This document shows positions 8,918-17,995 of a DNA stretch of 64,000 nt, piece by piece (positions within the stretch are counted from its first letter, which is position 1; each line of letters opens with the position of its first letter). Source of the DNA: an uncultured Gemmatimonadales bacterium (GTDB lineage Bacteria; Gemmatimonadota; Gemmatimonadetes; Longimicrobiales; Longimicrobiaceae); assembly GCA_963716255.1 (NCBI GenBank), contig OY970303.1, forward strand, positions 2,880,001 to 2,944,000, written 5' to 3'. The translations under genes and the position numbers were made by a program. The notes below the pieces were generated by a model, which searched no databases, was not told the DNA's origin, and worked only from the letters and a program-made list of their open reading frames with translations.

Positions 8918-8989
8918 GCTGCTCCGTTCTTTCCCGGGTTCCCCGGCGGCCCTCCGGAAGAAGCGGACCGCGGCGGGCTCCCCGGGAGG

Positions 8990-9688
8990 TCAGCCGCCCG
9001 TGCCCAGGTATTCGCGGCAGAAGCGGTCGCTCCGGCGCGCCTCCGCGGGGGTGCCCAGCCAGGTCGTGGTCCCGGAGGCCACCCACAGCAGCCGGTCGGC
9101 CAGCGGGAACAGGATGGGCACCTCGTGGCCGGAGAGCACCACCGCGCAGCCGCGCTCCGCCAGCGCACGGAAGGCCGTCGCCAGCCCCTCCGCGTCGCGC
9201 GGGTCCACACCGCGGAAGGGCTCGTCCGCCACCAGGCAGGCGGGGCGCCGCGCGAAGGCGAGCGCCACCTCGGCGCGCCGCGTCTCGCCGCCGGACAGGC
9301 CGTGCGGGCGCCGGTCCAGCAGCCCGGCGATCCCCAGCAGCTCCGCCGCCTCGCGCGCGTCGCCGCCGGAGCCGCGGGCGAACGCCCGCAGCTGCTCGCC
9401 CACCGCGAGGCCGGGGGCGAGGACGTCGCGGTCGGGGAGGTAGAAGAGGCCGCGGCGGGCCAGCAGGTGCAGGCGGGGGCGCTCGTACACCTCGCCCATG
9501 AAGTGCACGGTGCCGTGGTCGGGAGGGAGCCACCCGGCCGCGATCTTCATCAGCGTGCTCTTCCCGGAGCCGTTTCGCCCCACCACCGCCGTCACCGCGC
9601 CCGCCTCCGCCCACAGCGAGCCGGACCTGAGCACCACCCGGTCGCCGAATCGCTTGCCCACCGACTCGGCGGCGAGGACGGCGTTCAC
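8990..9688 (-). CDS. ABC ATP-binding protein (LptB-like)
   Basis: Walker A GRNGSGKST, LSGGE signature, Walker B VADEPF; GTG start coupled to the upstream gene. Confidence 0.85.
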   Translation of the reverse strand: MNAVLAAESVGKRFGDRVVLRSGSLWAEAGAVTAVVGRNGSGKSTLMKIAAGWLPPDHGTVHFMGEVYERPRLHLLARRGLFYLPDRDVLAPGLAVGEQLRAFARGSGGDAREAAELLGIAGLLDRRPHGLSGGETRRAEVALAFARRPACLVADEPFRGVDPRDAEGLATAFRALAERGCAVVLSGHEVPILFPLADRLLWVASGTTTWLGTPAEARRSDRFCREYLGTGG

Positions 9689-10017
9689 GCGCCCACCAGG
9701 AGGAGGAGCGCCGCTTCGCCCACCAGCGGCGGGGACACCGCGAGCGCCGCCACCCCCGCCGGCCCCGTCCCCAGGTTGGCGAACAGCAGGTGCTCGTGGC
9801 GCCGCCGCGTTTCCAGCACCGCCAGCACCGCCACGACGGGAACCGAGACCAGGGGAATGGGCGCGACCAGGAGCCCCGGGGAAACGGGCTCTCCCGCCGC
9901 CGCGGCCAGCAGCAGCAGCGGGACCAGCACCAGCAGGCGGACGCCGGGCCAGAACGCCAACGAGCGCCGCAGCAGCACCCGCGAAAGGGTCCGCTCGGGG
10001 AGGGTCCAGCCGGACAT
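9685..10017 (-). CDS. Small membrane protein, probable partner of the ABC ATPase
   Basis: About 3 hydrophobic segments, 'RRRHEHLLFANLG'; GTGA overlap with the ATPase gene. Confidence 0.6.
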   Translation of the reverse strand: MSGWTLPERTLSRVLLRRSLAFWPGVRLLVLVPLLLLAAAAGEPVSPGLLVAPIPLVSVPVVAVLAVLETRRRHEHLLFANLGTGPAGVAALAVSPPLVGEAALLLLVGA

Positions 10018-10309
10018 CGCGCCTCCGCTGGTGACGGGGGGAGCGCGCCGCGGGCGCGGCGCGAGCCGGGGTTGGTGACGGGAAAAGTGGGACAGGGCTG
10101 TCCCAATCGAGGCGGCTGCGCCCCTCCCACGCGCGCCGGCCCATCCGGCCGGCCGGCCGCAAGCGGTCACCGTGCAGACACTTGCGAGAAGCAGGGCACG
10201 GGAGTAAGCTGACGCACGGGGATTGCGGCGCAGGAGCCGGATTCACCCGGGCCGGCCGGCGCGAGCGCGACCGGCCGTGCAGCCACATCTCCGTGCAGGA
10301 GTTCCCGCG

Positions 10310-11131
10310 ATGAAGATCTCCAAGCACCTGCTCGTCAAGGCGGACGGAACGCCGTACCCGTTCCGCGCCAGCCCCAACGTGGGTGGAAAGCTGGAAGCCA
10401 AGTACCTGGTCATGCACTTCACGGCGGGGTCGAGCGCACAGGAGTCCATCGACTGGCTGTGCAACGCCCGGGCGAAGGCATCGGCGCACGTGGTGATCGG
10501 CCGGGACGGAAAGATCACGCAGCTGGTTCCCTTCAACAAGGTCGCCTGGCACGCGGGCGCCAGCCGCTGGGAGGGGATCGACGGCCTCAACGGCCACTCC
10601 ATCGGCATCGAACTGGACAACGCCGGCCGGCTGGTGCGCAAGGGCGGCAAGTGGCAGGCGTGGTTCGGGGCGACCATCAAGGACGCGGACGTGATGGAGG
10701 CCGTGCACAAGAACGAGAGCTCGGCCTGCGGCTGGCACATCTACACCCCCGAACAGATCGAGGCGGCGGTGGAGCTCGCGGCGCTCCTGGTAGACCAGTA
10801 CGGGCTCAAGAGCATCATCGGCCACGACGACATCTCCCCCGGGCGCAAGTTCGACCCGGGTCCCGCGTTCGCCATGGGCAACTTCCGCTCGCGGGCCATG
10901 GGAGTGTCGGACGACAGCCTCCCGCAGTTCGTGGCCACGGAGGCCCTGAACATCCGCGGGGGCCCCGGCGCCGGCTTCGCCGCGCTCCCCGAGGGGCCGC
11001 TCCCGGCCGGGACGCGCGTGGAGGTGCTGGCGGAAGAGGGGAACTGGCGCAAGGTGGACGTGATCGGCACCGTGAACGGCGCCAACGACCTGGAGGGGTG
11101 GGTGAACGCGCGCTTCCTGCGGCGGGCATAG
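10310..11131 (+). CDS. N-acetylmuramoyl-L-alanine amidase (Amidase_2/AmpD type) with C-terminal SH3b-like domain
   Basis: LVMHFT, SAHVVI, AWHAG, SIGIELDN, GHDDISPGRKFDPG; C-terminal LNIRGGPG...GWV. Confidence 0.9.
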   Translation: MKISKHLLVKADGTPYPFRASPNVGGKLEAKYLVMHFTAGSSAQESIDWLCNARAKASAHVVIGRDGKITQLVPFNKVAWHAGASRWEGIDGLNGHSIGIELDNAGRLVRKGGKWQAWFGATIKDADVMEAVHKNESSACGWHIYTPEQIEAAVELAALLVDQYGLKSIIGHDDISPGRKFDPGPAFAMGNFRSRAMGVSDDSLPQFVATEALNIRGGPGAGFAALPEGPLPAGTRVEVLAEEGNWRKVDVIGTVNGANDLEGWVNARFLRRA

Positions 11132-11230
11132 GTGGACCTGCCCTCCGCGTAGTGCGGCGAGCGGCGCCCGCCGCTCGCCGTACAGGGGATGCCCGGGCCC
11201 TGACCGCCGGCACGCCGCCCACACACACGA

Positions 11231-11264
11231 GCCGGGGCCGTCCCTTTACGCGGGCGGCCCCGGC
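11231..11264. terminator. Hairpin between convergent genes
   Basis: GCCGGGGCCG(T)CC...GG(G)CGGCCCCGGC inverted repeat. Confidence 0.5.
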
Positions 11265-11276
11265 TTCGCTTCGCCC

Positions 11277-12503
11277 CTACGCCAGCAGCGTCGCCGCGAG
11301 CGCGGCCGCCGCCGCCAGCAGCGCCGCCGCCGCGAGCCCCAGCGCCAGCCGCGCCCTCCCCCGCGCCGCCTCCACGGCCGCGCGCGTCGCCCCCTCCAGC
11401 TCCGCCGCCCGCCCCACGAGCGCCGCCGACGCCTCCGCCTGCGAGCTTTCCAGCCGCCCCAGGCGGTCGGGGAGCACCCCGATGGTCCCCTCCACCCGGC
11501 CCAGCCGCTCCGGGAGCGCGGCCAGGGCGTCCTCCACCTCCACCACCCGCGCCGCCAGCGCGCTCATCTCGTCGCGCACCTCGTCCGCCACCGTGCCGGC
11601 GCCGCCCGCCAGCGCGGCCCAGGGATCCGCGGCCGCCGCGTCGCCGAAGAGCGACTGCCCCATCACCGAGCGCGCCGTCTGCACCTGACGCATCCCCTCG
11701 TCGAAGTGGTGCTGGCCGATGCGCTTCTGGTCGTCGGGCACCGGCTCGGAGGCGGCCATCTGCGCGGCCTTGAGCACCGCGTTCTTGATGTCGCCGCCGC
11801 TGGCCGGGTACAGCTCCGCCAGGGCGCGGAAGTCCACGTCCTCGCCCAGCGGCGTCTTTTCGCCGTGCAGCTGCACCCGCCAGATGCGCTCGCGCTCCTC
11901 CGCGCCCGGCATGGCGAAGAGGATGTGGTTGCGGATGCGGCGCTCGAAGGCCGGGTCGAAGTTGGCGGCCAGGTTGGTGGCGAACACCACCACCCCCGGG
12001 AACTCGTCCAGCTCGCGCAGCAGCACGTTGACCACCAGGTTGGCCTCGCGCTGGTAGCCCCCGTCCATCATCACGGAGCGCCGCGCGGCGATGGCGTCCG
12101 CCTCGTCGAAGAAGAGCACCGCCTCCTGCTCGGCGGCGGAGCGGAACACGGCCGACACGTTCTTTCCCGTGGCCCCGGCCCACTGCGACTCCAGCTCGGC
12201 GTAGCGAACCACCAGCAGTCGCCTCCCCAGCGCGTGGGCGATCGCCTCGGCGCAGATGGTCTTTCCCGTCCCCGGCGGCCCGGCGAAGTTGAAGGCCAGC
12301 CCCAGCCCGGCGTCGTGCCGCTCCCCCAGCCCCCAGCGGCGGAAGATGAGGTCGTGGTTGCGGATCTGCGCGAGGGCGTGCTCCAGCGACCGGCGGGTCT
12401 CCGGGGGGAGGACCACGTCCGCGAAGGTGCGGCGCGGGACCAGGGCCTCCACCAGCGTGCGGGCGGAGGTCCCCATGAACAGGTCTCGGAACGGATTGGC
12501 CAT
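11277..12503 (-). CDS. AAA+ ATPase with C-terminal coiled coil and membrane anchor
   Basis: GPPGTGKT, FFDEAD, ATN..., DPAFERRI, SGGDIKN; hydrophobic C-terminus; AAGGAG RBS. Confidence 0.85.
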   Translation of the reverse strand: MANPFRDLFMGTSARTLVEALVPRRTFADVVLPPETRRSLEHALAQIRNHDLIFRRWGLGERHDAGLGLAFNFAGPPGTGKTICAEAIAHALGRRLLVVRYAELESQWAGATGKNVSAVFRSAAEQEAVLFFDEADAIAARRSVMMDGGYQREANLVVNVLLRELDEFPGVVVFATNLAANFDPAFERRIRNHILFAMPGAEERERIWRVQLHGEKTPLGEDVDFRALAELYPASGGDIKNAVLKAAQMAASEPVPDDQKRIGQHHFDEGMRQVQTARSVMGQSLFGDAAAADPWAALAGGAGTVADEVRDEMSALAARVVEVEDALAALPERLGRVEGTIGVLPDRLGRLESSQAEASAALVGRAAELEGATRAAVEAARGRARLALGLAAAALLAAAAALAATLLA

Positions 12504-12526
12504 GCGGCTCCTTGAACTGCGGCTCT

Positions 12527-12653
12527 GGGCGTGCCCCGGCTGACGCCGGGTCGGGCTGCGGCTCCGTAAGCGAGCAAACAACGCTCGCTGACGGAGGCGA
12601 GCCCCGCCAAACTGCCGGCGGGTCTCGCCGCTTCGCGCTCGCATCCCTCACGC
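12527..12653 (+). repeat. Family-1 structured repeat, copy 4
   Basis: Consensus match. Confidence 0.9.
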
Positions 12654-12676
12654 AGGCATCGCGCTGACGTCCGCGT

Positions 12677-12890
12677 GGGCCCCCACCCGGCTCGCTCAGG
12701 CTCGCCACCCTCCCCCGTTCCGGGGGAGGGGAATCTCCACGCTGCGATCCTCGCCGTCGCCGCGTCGTGCTCCCCCTCTCCCCTTGTGGGAGAGGGGGCC
12801 GGGGGGTGGGGGGTAGACCGGCGCGCTGAATCCTGCTCCTGCTCCGTCGTTCTCCCCTCCCCCTTGCGGGGAGAGGCCGGGGGAGGGGGT
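12677..12890. repeat. Cluster of family-3 REP-like palindromes
   Basis: Three CCCTC(T/C)CCC-loop-GGG(A/G)GAGGG hairpins with CCCCCACCCGG / GGCCGGGGGG flanks. Confidence 0.7.
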
Positions 12891-13044
12891 CGCCGTTGCG
12901 GGGCAACTCCGGGCGCGCATCCCCCGAATGCAAGATCCCCACCGGGGCGCCCTGGCTCCGGCGGGGATCGCGTCTTGAACGGGGTCCCAGGACAGCAGGG
13001 GAGGGGCCCTGCGGCCCCTCCCCCCGCCCCGTTCCCGCGCGCAC

Positions 13045-14526
13045 TCACGGCGGCGGCGCCACCTCGCCGGGAAGGCTGTCCGGGGGAGCGCCGGTCGCCC
13101 CCTGCGGGTCCGCATCCGCGTCCGGCGCGGGGGACGCAGGCCCCGCACCCGCCGGCGCGGCGTCCGCCGCCAGCGCCACCAGGCGCTCCGCCGTGCGCGG
13201 CTCCGTGGCGAAGTGCAGGTGGAGGTACGAGGCCAGCACGTTGCCCCGCGGCCCCGCCACCACCCCCTCCGTCTCGCCGCCGTCCGCCCGGCGGTACGCC
13301 GGCGCGCCCGCGCCCACCTCCCGCGTCGAGAAGTGGAACTCGTGGCCGCGCAGCGCGTCCCCCGCCCGCGCCACCGGCGAGTCGCGGAGCGCCACCACCT
13401 CCCGGTAGCCCAGCGTCGGCCGCGGCTGCATGACGGACGCGCCGGGGAGCACGCCCGCCATGGGGTGCCGCGCCCCCGCCGCATCCACCAGCGCCTCGCA
13501 CAGGTACATCAGCCCGCCGCACTCCGCGTACACCGGCCGCCCGCTCCCGGCGAAGGCGCGCACCGCCGCGCGCATCGCGGCGTTGGCGGCCAGGCGCGCC
13601 GCGTGCAGCTCGGGGTAGCCGCCGCCCAGGTACAGGGCGCCCGCGTCCTCCGGCAGGCGCGCGTCGGCCAGCGGCGAAAAGAAGCGCAGCTCCGCGCCCA
13701 GGTCGCGCAGCAGGTCCAGGTTGTCCTCGTAGTAGAAGTCGAACGCCGCGTCCCGCGCCACCGCGATCGCCGCCCGCCTGCGCTCGACGGGCGCGGGGAG
13801 CGGGTCCGGCCCGCTCGGGAGCGGCGGCGCCGCCCGGGCCACGGCCAGCAGCCCGTCCACGTCCAGCGTCGCCGCGGCGCGCTCCGCCAGGCGCTCCAGG
13901 TCCATCGGCCGCTCCCCGGCGAGAACGAGCCCCAGGTCGCGCTCGGGGACGGCGAGCGCCGCGTCCGCGGGGAGCCAGCCCAGCACCGGCACCTCCGTGT
14001 TCCCCAGGATGGCGTCGCGGCACAGCGCGTAGTGCCCCGGGCCGGCCGCGCGGTTCAGCACCACCCCCGCCAGCGGCAGCGCCGGGTCGAATGTGTGCAG
14101 CCCCCGCACGACCGCCGCCGCGGTGCGCGCCATCGTCCACGCGTCCAGCACCAGCACGACCGGGGCGCCCAGCAGGCGGGCCGTGTGCGCCGTGGAGCCC
14201 TCGTCCGAGGTGGCGGAGCGCCCATCGAAGAGCCCCATCATCCCCTCCACCACGGCCACGTCCGCCTCCCGCGCGCCCGTCGTGGCGCGGCGGAACAGGG
14301 CGCGCAGCGTGTCCGGCGGGAGGAGCCAGCCGTCCAGGTTGCGGCTTGCCCGCCCCGCCGCGGCGCGGTGGTGCGAGGGGTCCACGTAGTCGGGCCCCGC
14401 CTTGAAGGGCGCCACGCGGAGCCCGCGGTCCCGCAGCAGGCGCATCAGCGCTGCGGCCACGGTGGTCTTGCCCTGCCCCGTGCCGGGCGCGGCCAGGACG
14501 AGGCGGGGGATGTGGAGGTCGCTCAT
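13045..14526 (-). CDS. cbiA: Cobyrinate a,c-diamide synthase (CbiA/CobB)
   Basis: GQGKTT, FKAGPDYVDP, VEGMMGLFDG, AFDFYY, GGGYPE, AECGGLMYL, GHEFH, SYLHLHF. Confidence 0.92.
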   Translation of the reverse strand: MSDLHIPRLVLAAPGTGQGKTTVAAALMRLLRDRGLRVAPFKAGPDYVDPSHHRAAAGRASRNLDGWLLPPDTLRALFRRATTGAREADVAVVEGMMGLFDGRSATSDEGSTAHTARLLGAPVVLVLDAWTMARTAAAVVRGLHTFDPALPLAGVVLNRAAGPGHYALCRDAILGNTEVPVLGWLPADAALAVPERDLGLVLAGERPMDLERLAERAAATLDVDGLLAVARAAPPLPSGPDPLPAPVERRRAAIAVARDAAFDFYYEDNLDLLRDLGAELRFFSPLADARLPEDAGALYLGGGYPELHAARLAANAAMRAAVRAFAGSGRPVYAECGGLMYLCEALVDAAGARHPMAGVLPGASVMQPRPTLGYREVVALRDSPVARAGDALRGHEFHFSTREVGAGAPAYRRADGGETEGVVAGPRGNVLASYLHLHFATEPRTAERLVALAADAAPAGAGPASPAPDADADPQGATGAPPDSLPGEVAPPP

Positions 14527-14563
14527 GGGGAGAGAGGCAGAGGCAGGCCGTCCGGCCGCCGCA

Positions 14564-17500
14564 TCAGGAACTCCACGGCCCCCACTCTTCGATGCACCAC
14601 TCCGGCTCCGGCCTGGGCAGGCGGCTCGCTATCTCCGGCATCTTTTCGAGTTTGCTGTAGCTTTCGGGACTAACCTCGGTGAGGAAGGCCGGTTCGAAGC
14701 CGTCGTGTAGGTAGTACAACGGCTCCGACTCCTCGACGAGGCTCCACAGATCCGCGAAGAAGTGTGGATCCCGCTCGGTAATCGCGTCCCATTTATCCTG
14801 AGAGTTGCTGGCCAGAAAGCCCAGCATCCAGGACGCCGCAGCGCTTTTATTCCGGAGGACGTGAGTCCAGTCCACGGGATACGTGAGACCGCGAACAAGG
14901 CCATCAAATGCCGGAAGGCCCGAACCGAGAAGCATCTGGACGACATGGTTCCGCTTGTTCCATACGATTAAGTTTCCCAAACGGTATGGGCGATGCCAGT
15001 GGATCCCGCACAGCCGGTCCCATCCGGGTGGAAAGTCACAGACGCCAGCCGATCCCTTCGGCTCAAGCTCCCCGGTGACCCGTGTCCACAACGGATAAAC
15101 GACGTTTCCCAGCTTCCGGGAGGCGTCCCAGGTAGCTCCCGATGCCGCCACACGATCGGGCGAGATAGACAGCGAATGCCAGGTGAGGTCTCTGTCCTCG
15201 ACAGAACCGCCGGAGTGAAGCGGCACCTCGCCCGCAACGACTTCCCCGGTGCCGAGCCTCATCGCACGCGACACCAGGCCTGTGGCAGGCAGCAAGACCG
15301 GGCCCCAGGGAAGGCGCACGTCGCCCCTGGTGGGACGATCGTCCGCGACAGGATCAGATGCCCAGTGGAACGGCACCCCAGTGGGAGGCGCGATCCGCGA
15401 GAACCGGGCGTTGAACAGCCCGAACTCGGACCGGCTTCGCACCTGGCAGAAGGCCGCGATCAGCCGCTCCACTTCGTCCGAGAGCCATCTCAGAGCTTCG
15501 TTGCCAGCTTCGGAGAGCTGAATCGCGCCGCGGTTGACCGCGATCCTTCCGATCTGCTCCCTGACGAAGTCCACCTCGACTACAGCCGGAAAATCGGTTC
15601 TCCTCGTCAGCTGGTCGACGTTGATCTGAATTCCCCTCCAACTCGCGTGAACCCGTTTTCGAGGAAACGAGAGAAACTCGCATTCCTGTATCTGGCGGAT
15701 TTCTAGGCCGGACTCGCCCCGAACGGTCCTCATGAACGCGAGGCAGTCCCCGCCCTCGAGCGCAAAAAAGGGAATACGGATCCGGTAGCGGCCCTGCTCG
15801 CTCGGTAGCTCACCCGTCGCGCTTTCCCAGCGGAGCAGGGCGTCAGCTTCGCCCCGGACCGCCGCCCAGAAAGACCTGTTCTGGTCAAGGGCTTCGCGGG
15901 CCTTGGCAGACAAGCCGTCGTCGGTATTCGACGTGTGTCCTCCCGTGAAGTGGCTCATAGTATCCACCGTGTCCACAACGTCCGATCCGAGCACCTCCTC
16001 CGGCGAGGTCCACCCGGGTGGCAGGGACAGGGATTCCTCTCCCTCTCCCTCTCCCGGGCTGAACTCGAACCTGCAAGGTAGGTAGCGCAGAATCTGGCGC
16101 AGGTACTTGTTGAGCCTTATCCTCCAGACCAGGAGGCCCGGCGGGACAAGCTCCGGCCGGATGCGCAGGCGGACCTCCGTGCCGCGCGCGATCTGCGTGT
16201 CGCGCCGGAGCTCTCCGAAGCCCCCGATCCCCTCGGATTCGAACTTCCACCCCGTGGGTTCCTCGTCGCGCGCCTCGCTGTTCCGCCGGGTGGAGATCTC
16301 CACCCGGTCGGCGAGCATGAAGTAGCTCAGCGCGCCGATCCCGAACTGGCCCGTCCTTCCCAGCGAGAACCCGGCCCGGCCGCACCTCCTGTCCAGTTCC
16401 AGCACTTGGTGGCGGCGAGGGGACCCGCTCACCAGCAGGTGATCCTTGATGATGGACTTGGTCATCCCGATGCCTGTGTCGCGACAGACGAGCCAAACCC
16501 GGTCGCCGGACACCTCGACCTCCAGCCTCACCTCGTGCAGGTTTCCGAGGATCTCCTCTAGGGAGCCGTCGGCCGGATTGCGCTGCGAGAGCCGCTGGTA
16601 GGCGATCAGCTCGCGCACCGCGTCGAAGGCGTTTTGCAGCAGCTCGCGGACGGCGGCGAGCGGAGTTCCGTACAGCTCGGTCCCCGACAGCAGCTCGAGG
16701 AGGCGGCGGGTGTTCGGCCGGAAAGCGCCGTCGATGTACTCGTAGGCCCCCTCGGCCGGCTGGACGTTGCGGTAGACGAACGGCTCCAGCTCCCACCGGT
16801 GCGGCAGGTCGCTTCCCGGCCCCACCGGCTTTTCGAAGTGCGTGGTGTCGTCGAGGCGCCGGACCAGCGCCAGTTCCTTCTCGATGCCGTCCACGGTCTC
16901 CTCGATCGCACGCTGCACGTAGGCGCGTGTGGGCCGCGCGAAGGCGGAGAACCGGGCCTTCTCCAGCTTCAGCGAGAGTTGGTGGTCCTTGTACCAGTAG
17001 ATCACGCTGCCGGGCGCGATGTCGCGGTGGTGAAGGACCACTTCCGGCGTCCGCTCCGGGTCGATGTCCAGGATATCCGCCACCCGGAGAACCGACGCCA
17101 GGTAGCGCAGGTGGACCGTGCGGGGCGGGGAGCCGACGGGGCGGGGATCGAAGCGGGGCTCCTCCAGGCGCTCATACCCTTCGTGATGGCTCCTGCACAG
17201 CACGACCAGATCGTCGACCCATCCGTGGTACGAGCCCAGGCTCTCTCCCGACAGCTTTTCGCGGATCCACTCCTCGCTCCAGTCGTTGTGCCGGTGGCGG
17301 GCGTAGTAGGTGACGATCTCGTCCACCAGGCGGACCCGCTCTTCGACGGGCCTGTCCGGCGCGATCGGCGGCATGGTCCCGTACCCCTGATCGTCCAGCC
17401 ATTCCTGGAGGATCGCCCGCTCGTTCCCGGTCAGCAGCTCGTCGCCGCCGCTGAGCAGGTAGTCCCGGTGGGAGCGTACCCTGTTCCGCTCCGGCGTCAT

Positions 17501-17809
17501 TCCGATGTCGTGGAGGTACGCCGAGAGCAGGAGGAGCGCCAGTTCGTATCCGGAAAGCCGGGGGAGCACGTCGGAGGGAATGATCTCGCCCATCCTCTGC
17601 GCGACCCGGAACGAATGCTCCGCGTCGTGCAGGGTGAAGTCCGCGGGCGAGGTCGCTCCCTGCTTCAGGACGGCCTCGATCCCCGGCATCCAGGCTTCGA
17701 GCGCGGCGCGCGCCGCATTCTCGTCGGCGGTGCGCCCGGCTGAAAGCACCTCCCACAGCAGGGTACCGTCCCAGCCGGTGTACTTGTCGAGGATGGATTG
17801 CGAGACCAT
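14564..17809 (-). CDS. HD-domain (HD-CE-like) + Hsp90-like GHKL ATPase fusion with unrecognised C-terminal region
   Basis: FTLHDAEHS, AYLHDIGM, CRSHH, LRVADILD; RELLQNAFDA, DTGIGM, GQFGIGALS, GTEV. Confidence 0.8.
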   Translation of the reverse strand: MVSQSILDKYTGWDGTLLWEVLSAGRTADENAARAALEAWMPGIEAVLKQGATSPADFTLHDAEHSFRVAQRMGEIIPSDVLPRLSGYELALLLLSAYLHDIGMTPERNRVRSHRDYLLSGGDELLTGNERAILQEWLDDQGYGTMPPIAPDRPVEERVRLVDEIVTYYARHRHNDWSEEWIREKLSGESLGSYHGWVDDLVVLCRSHHEGYERLEEPRFDPRPVGSPPRTVHLRYLASVLRVADILDIDPERTPEVVLHHRDIAPGSVIYWYKDHQLSLKLEKARFSAFARPTRAYVQRAIEETVDGIEKELALVRRLDDTTHFEKPVGPGSDLPHRWELEPFVYRNVQPAEGAYEYIDGAFRPNTRRLLELLSGTELYGTPLAAVRELLQNAFDAVRELIAYQRLSQRNPADGSLEEILGNLHEVRLEVEVSGDRVWLVCRDTGIGMTKSIIKDHLLVSGSPRRHQVLELDRRCGRAGFSLGRTGQFGIGALSYFMLADRVEISTRRNSEARDEEPTGWKFESEGIGGFGELRRDTQIARGTEVRLRIRPELVPPGLLVWRIRLNKYLRQILRYLPCRFEFSPGEGEGEESLSLPPGWTSPEEVLGSDVVDTVDTMSHFTGGHTSNTDDGLSAKAREALDQNRSFWAAVRGEADALLRWESATGELPSEQGRYRIRIPFFALEGGDCLAFMRTVRGESGLEIRQIQECEFLSFPRKRVHASWRGIQINVDQLTRRTDFPAVVEVDFVREQIGRIAVNRGAIQLSEAGNEALRWLSDEVERLIAAFCQVRSRSEFGLFNARFSRIAPPTGVPFHWASDPVADDRPTRGDVRLPWGPVLLPATGLVSRAMRLGTGEVVAGEVPLHSGGSVEDRDLTWHSLSISPDRVAASGATWDASRKLGNVVYPLWTRVTGELEPKGSAGVCDFPPGWDRLCGIHWHRPYRLGNLIVWNKRNHVVQMLLGSGLPAFDGLVRGLTYPVDWTHVLRNKSAAASWMLGFLASNSQDKWDAITERDPHFFADLWSLVEESEPLYYLHDGFEPAFLTEVSPESYSKLEKMPEIASRLPRPEPEWCIEEWGPWSS

Positions 17810-17995
17810 GGGGTAGGGCTTTCGAAGAAGGGCGCTCCGGTGCCGGATCACCAACGTACGTAGCTCCAAGATCGCATGCAACCGACGATGGAACGGCGTC
17901 CTGGAGCGCCGCCATCCGCCCCGGATGCCGCCACGCAAGTCGCCCCCGCCGGGAGCTCCCGGCGGGGGCGACGCAGGGCCTGATGCCCCTCCCCG

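Noticed and set aside
10310..11131. Amidase as a prophage endolysin
   Set aside because: No holin, structural or integrase genes nearby; codon usage is host-like.
14527..14700. Cobalamin riboswitch upstream of cbiA
   Set aside because: Only 38 bp of intergenic space and no recognisable B12-box.
14564..17938. HD-GHKL gene as a histidine kinase or genuine HtpG chaperone
   Set aside because: No HisKA H-box or receiver partner; lacks the HtpG middle and C-terminal domains and carries an N-terminal HD domain.
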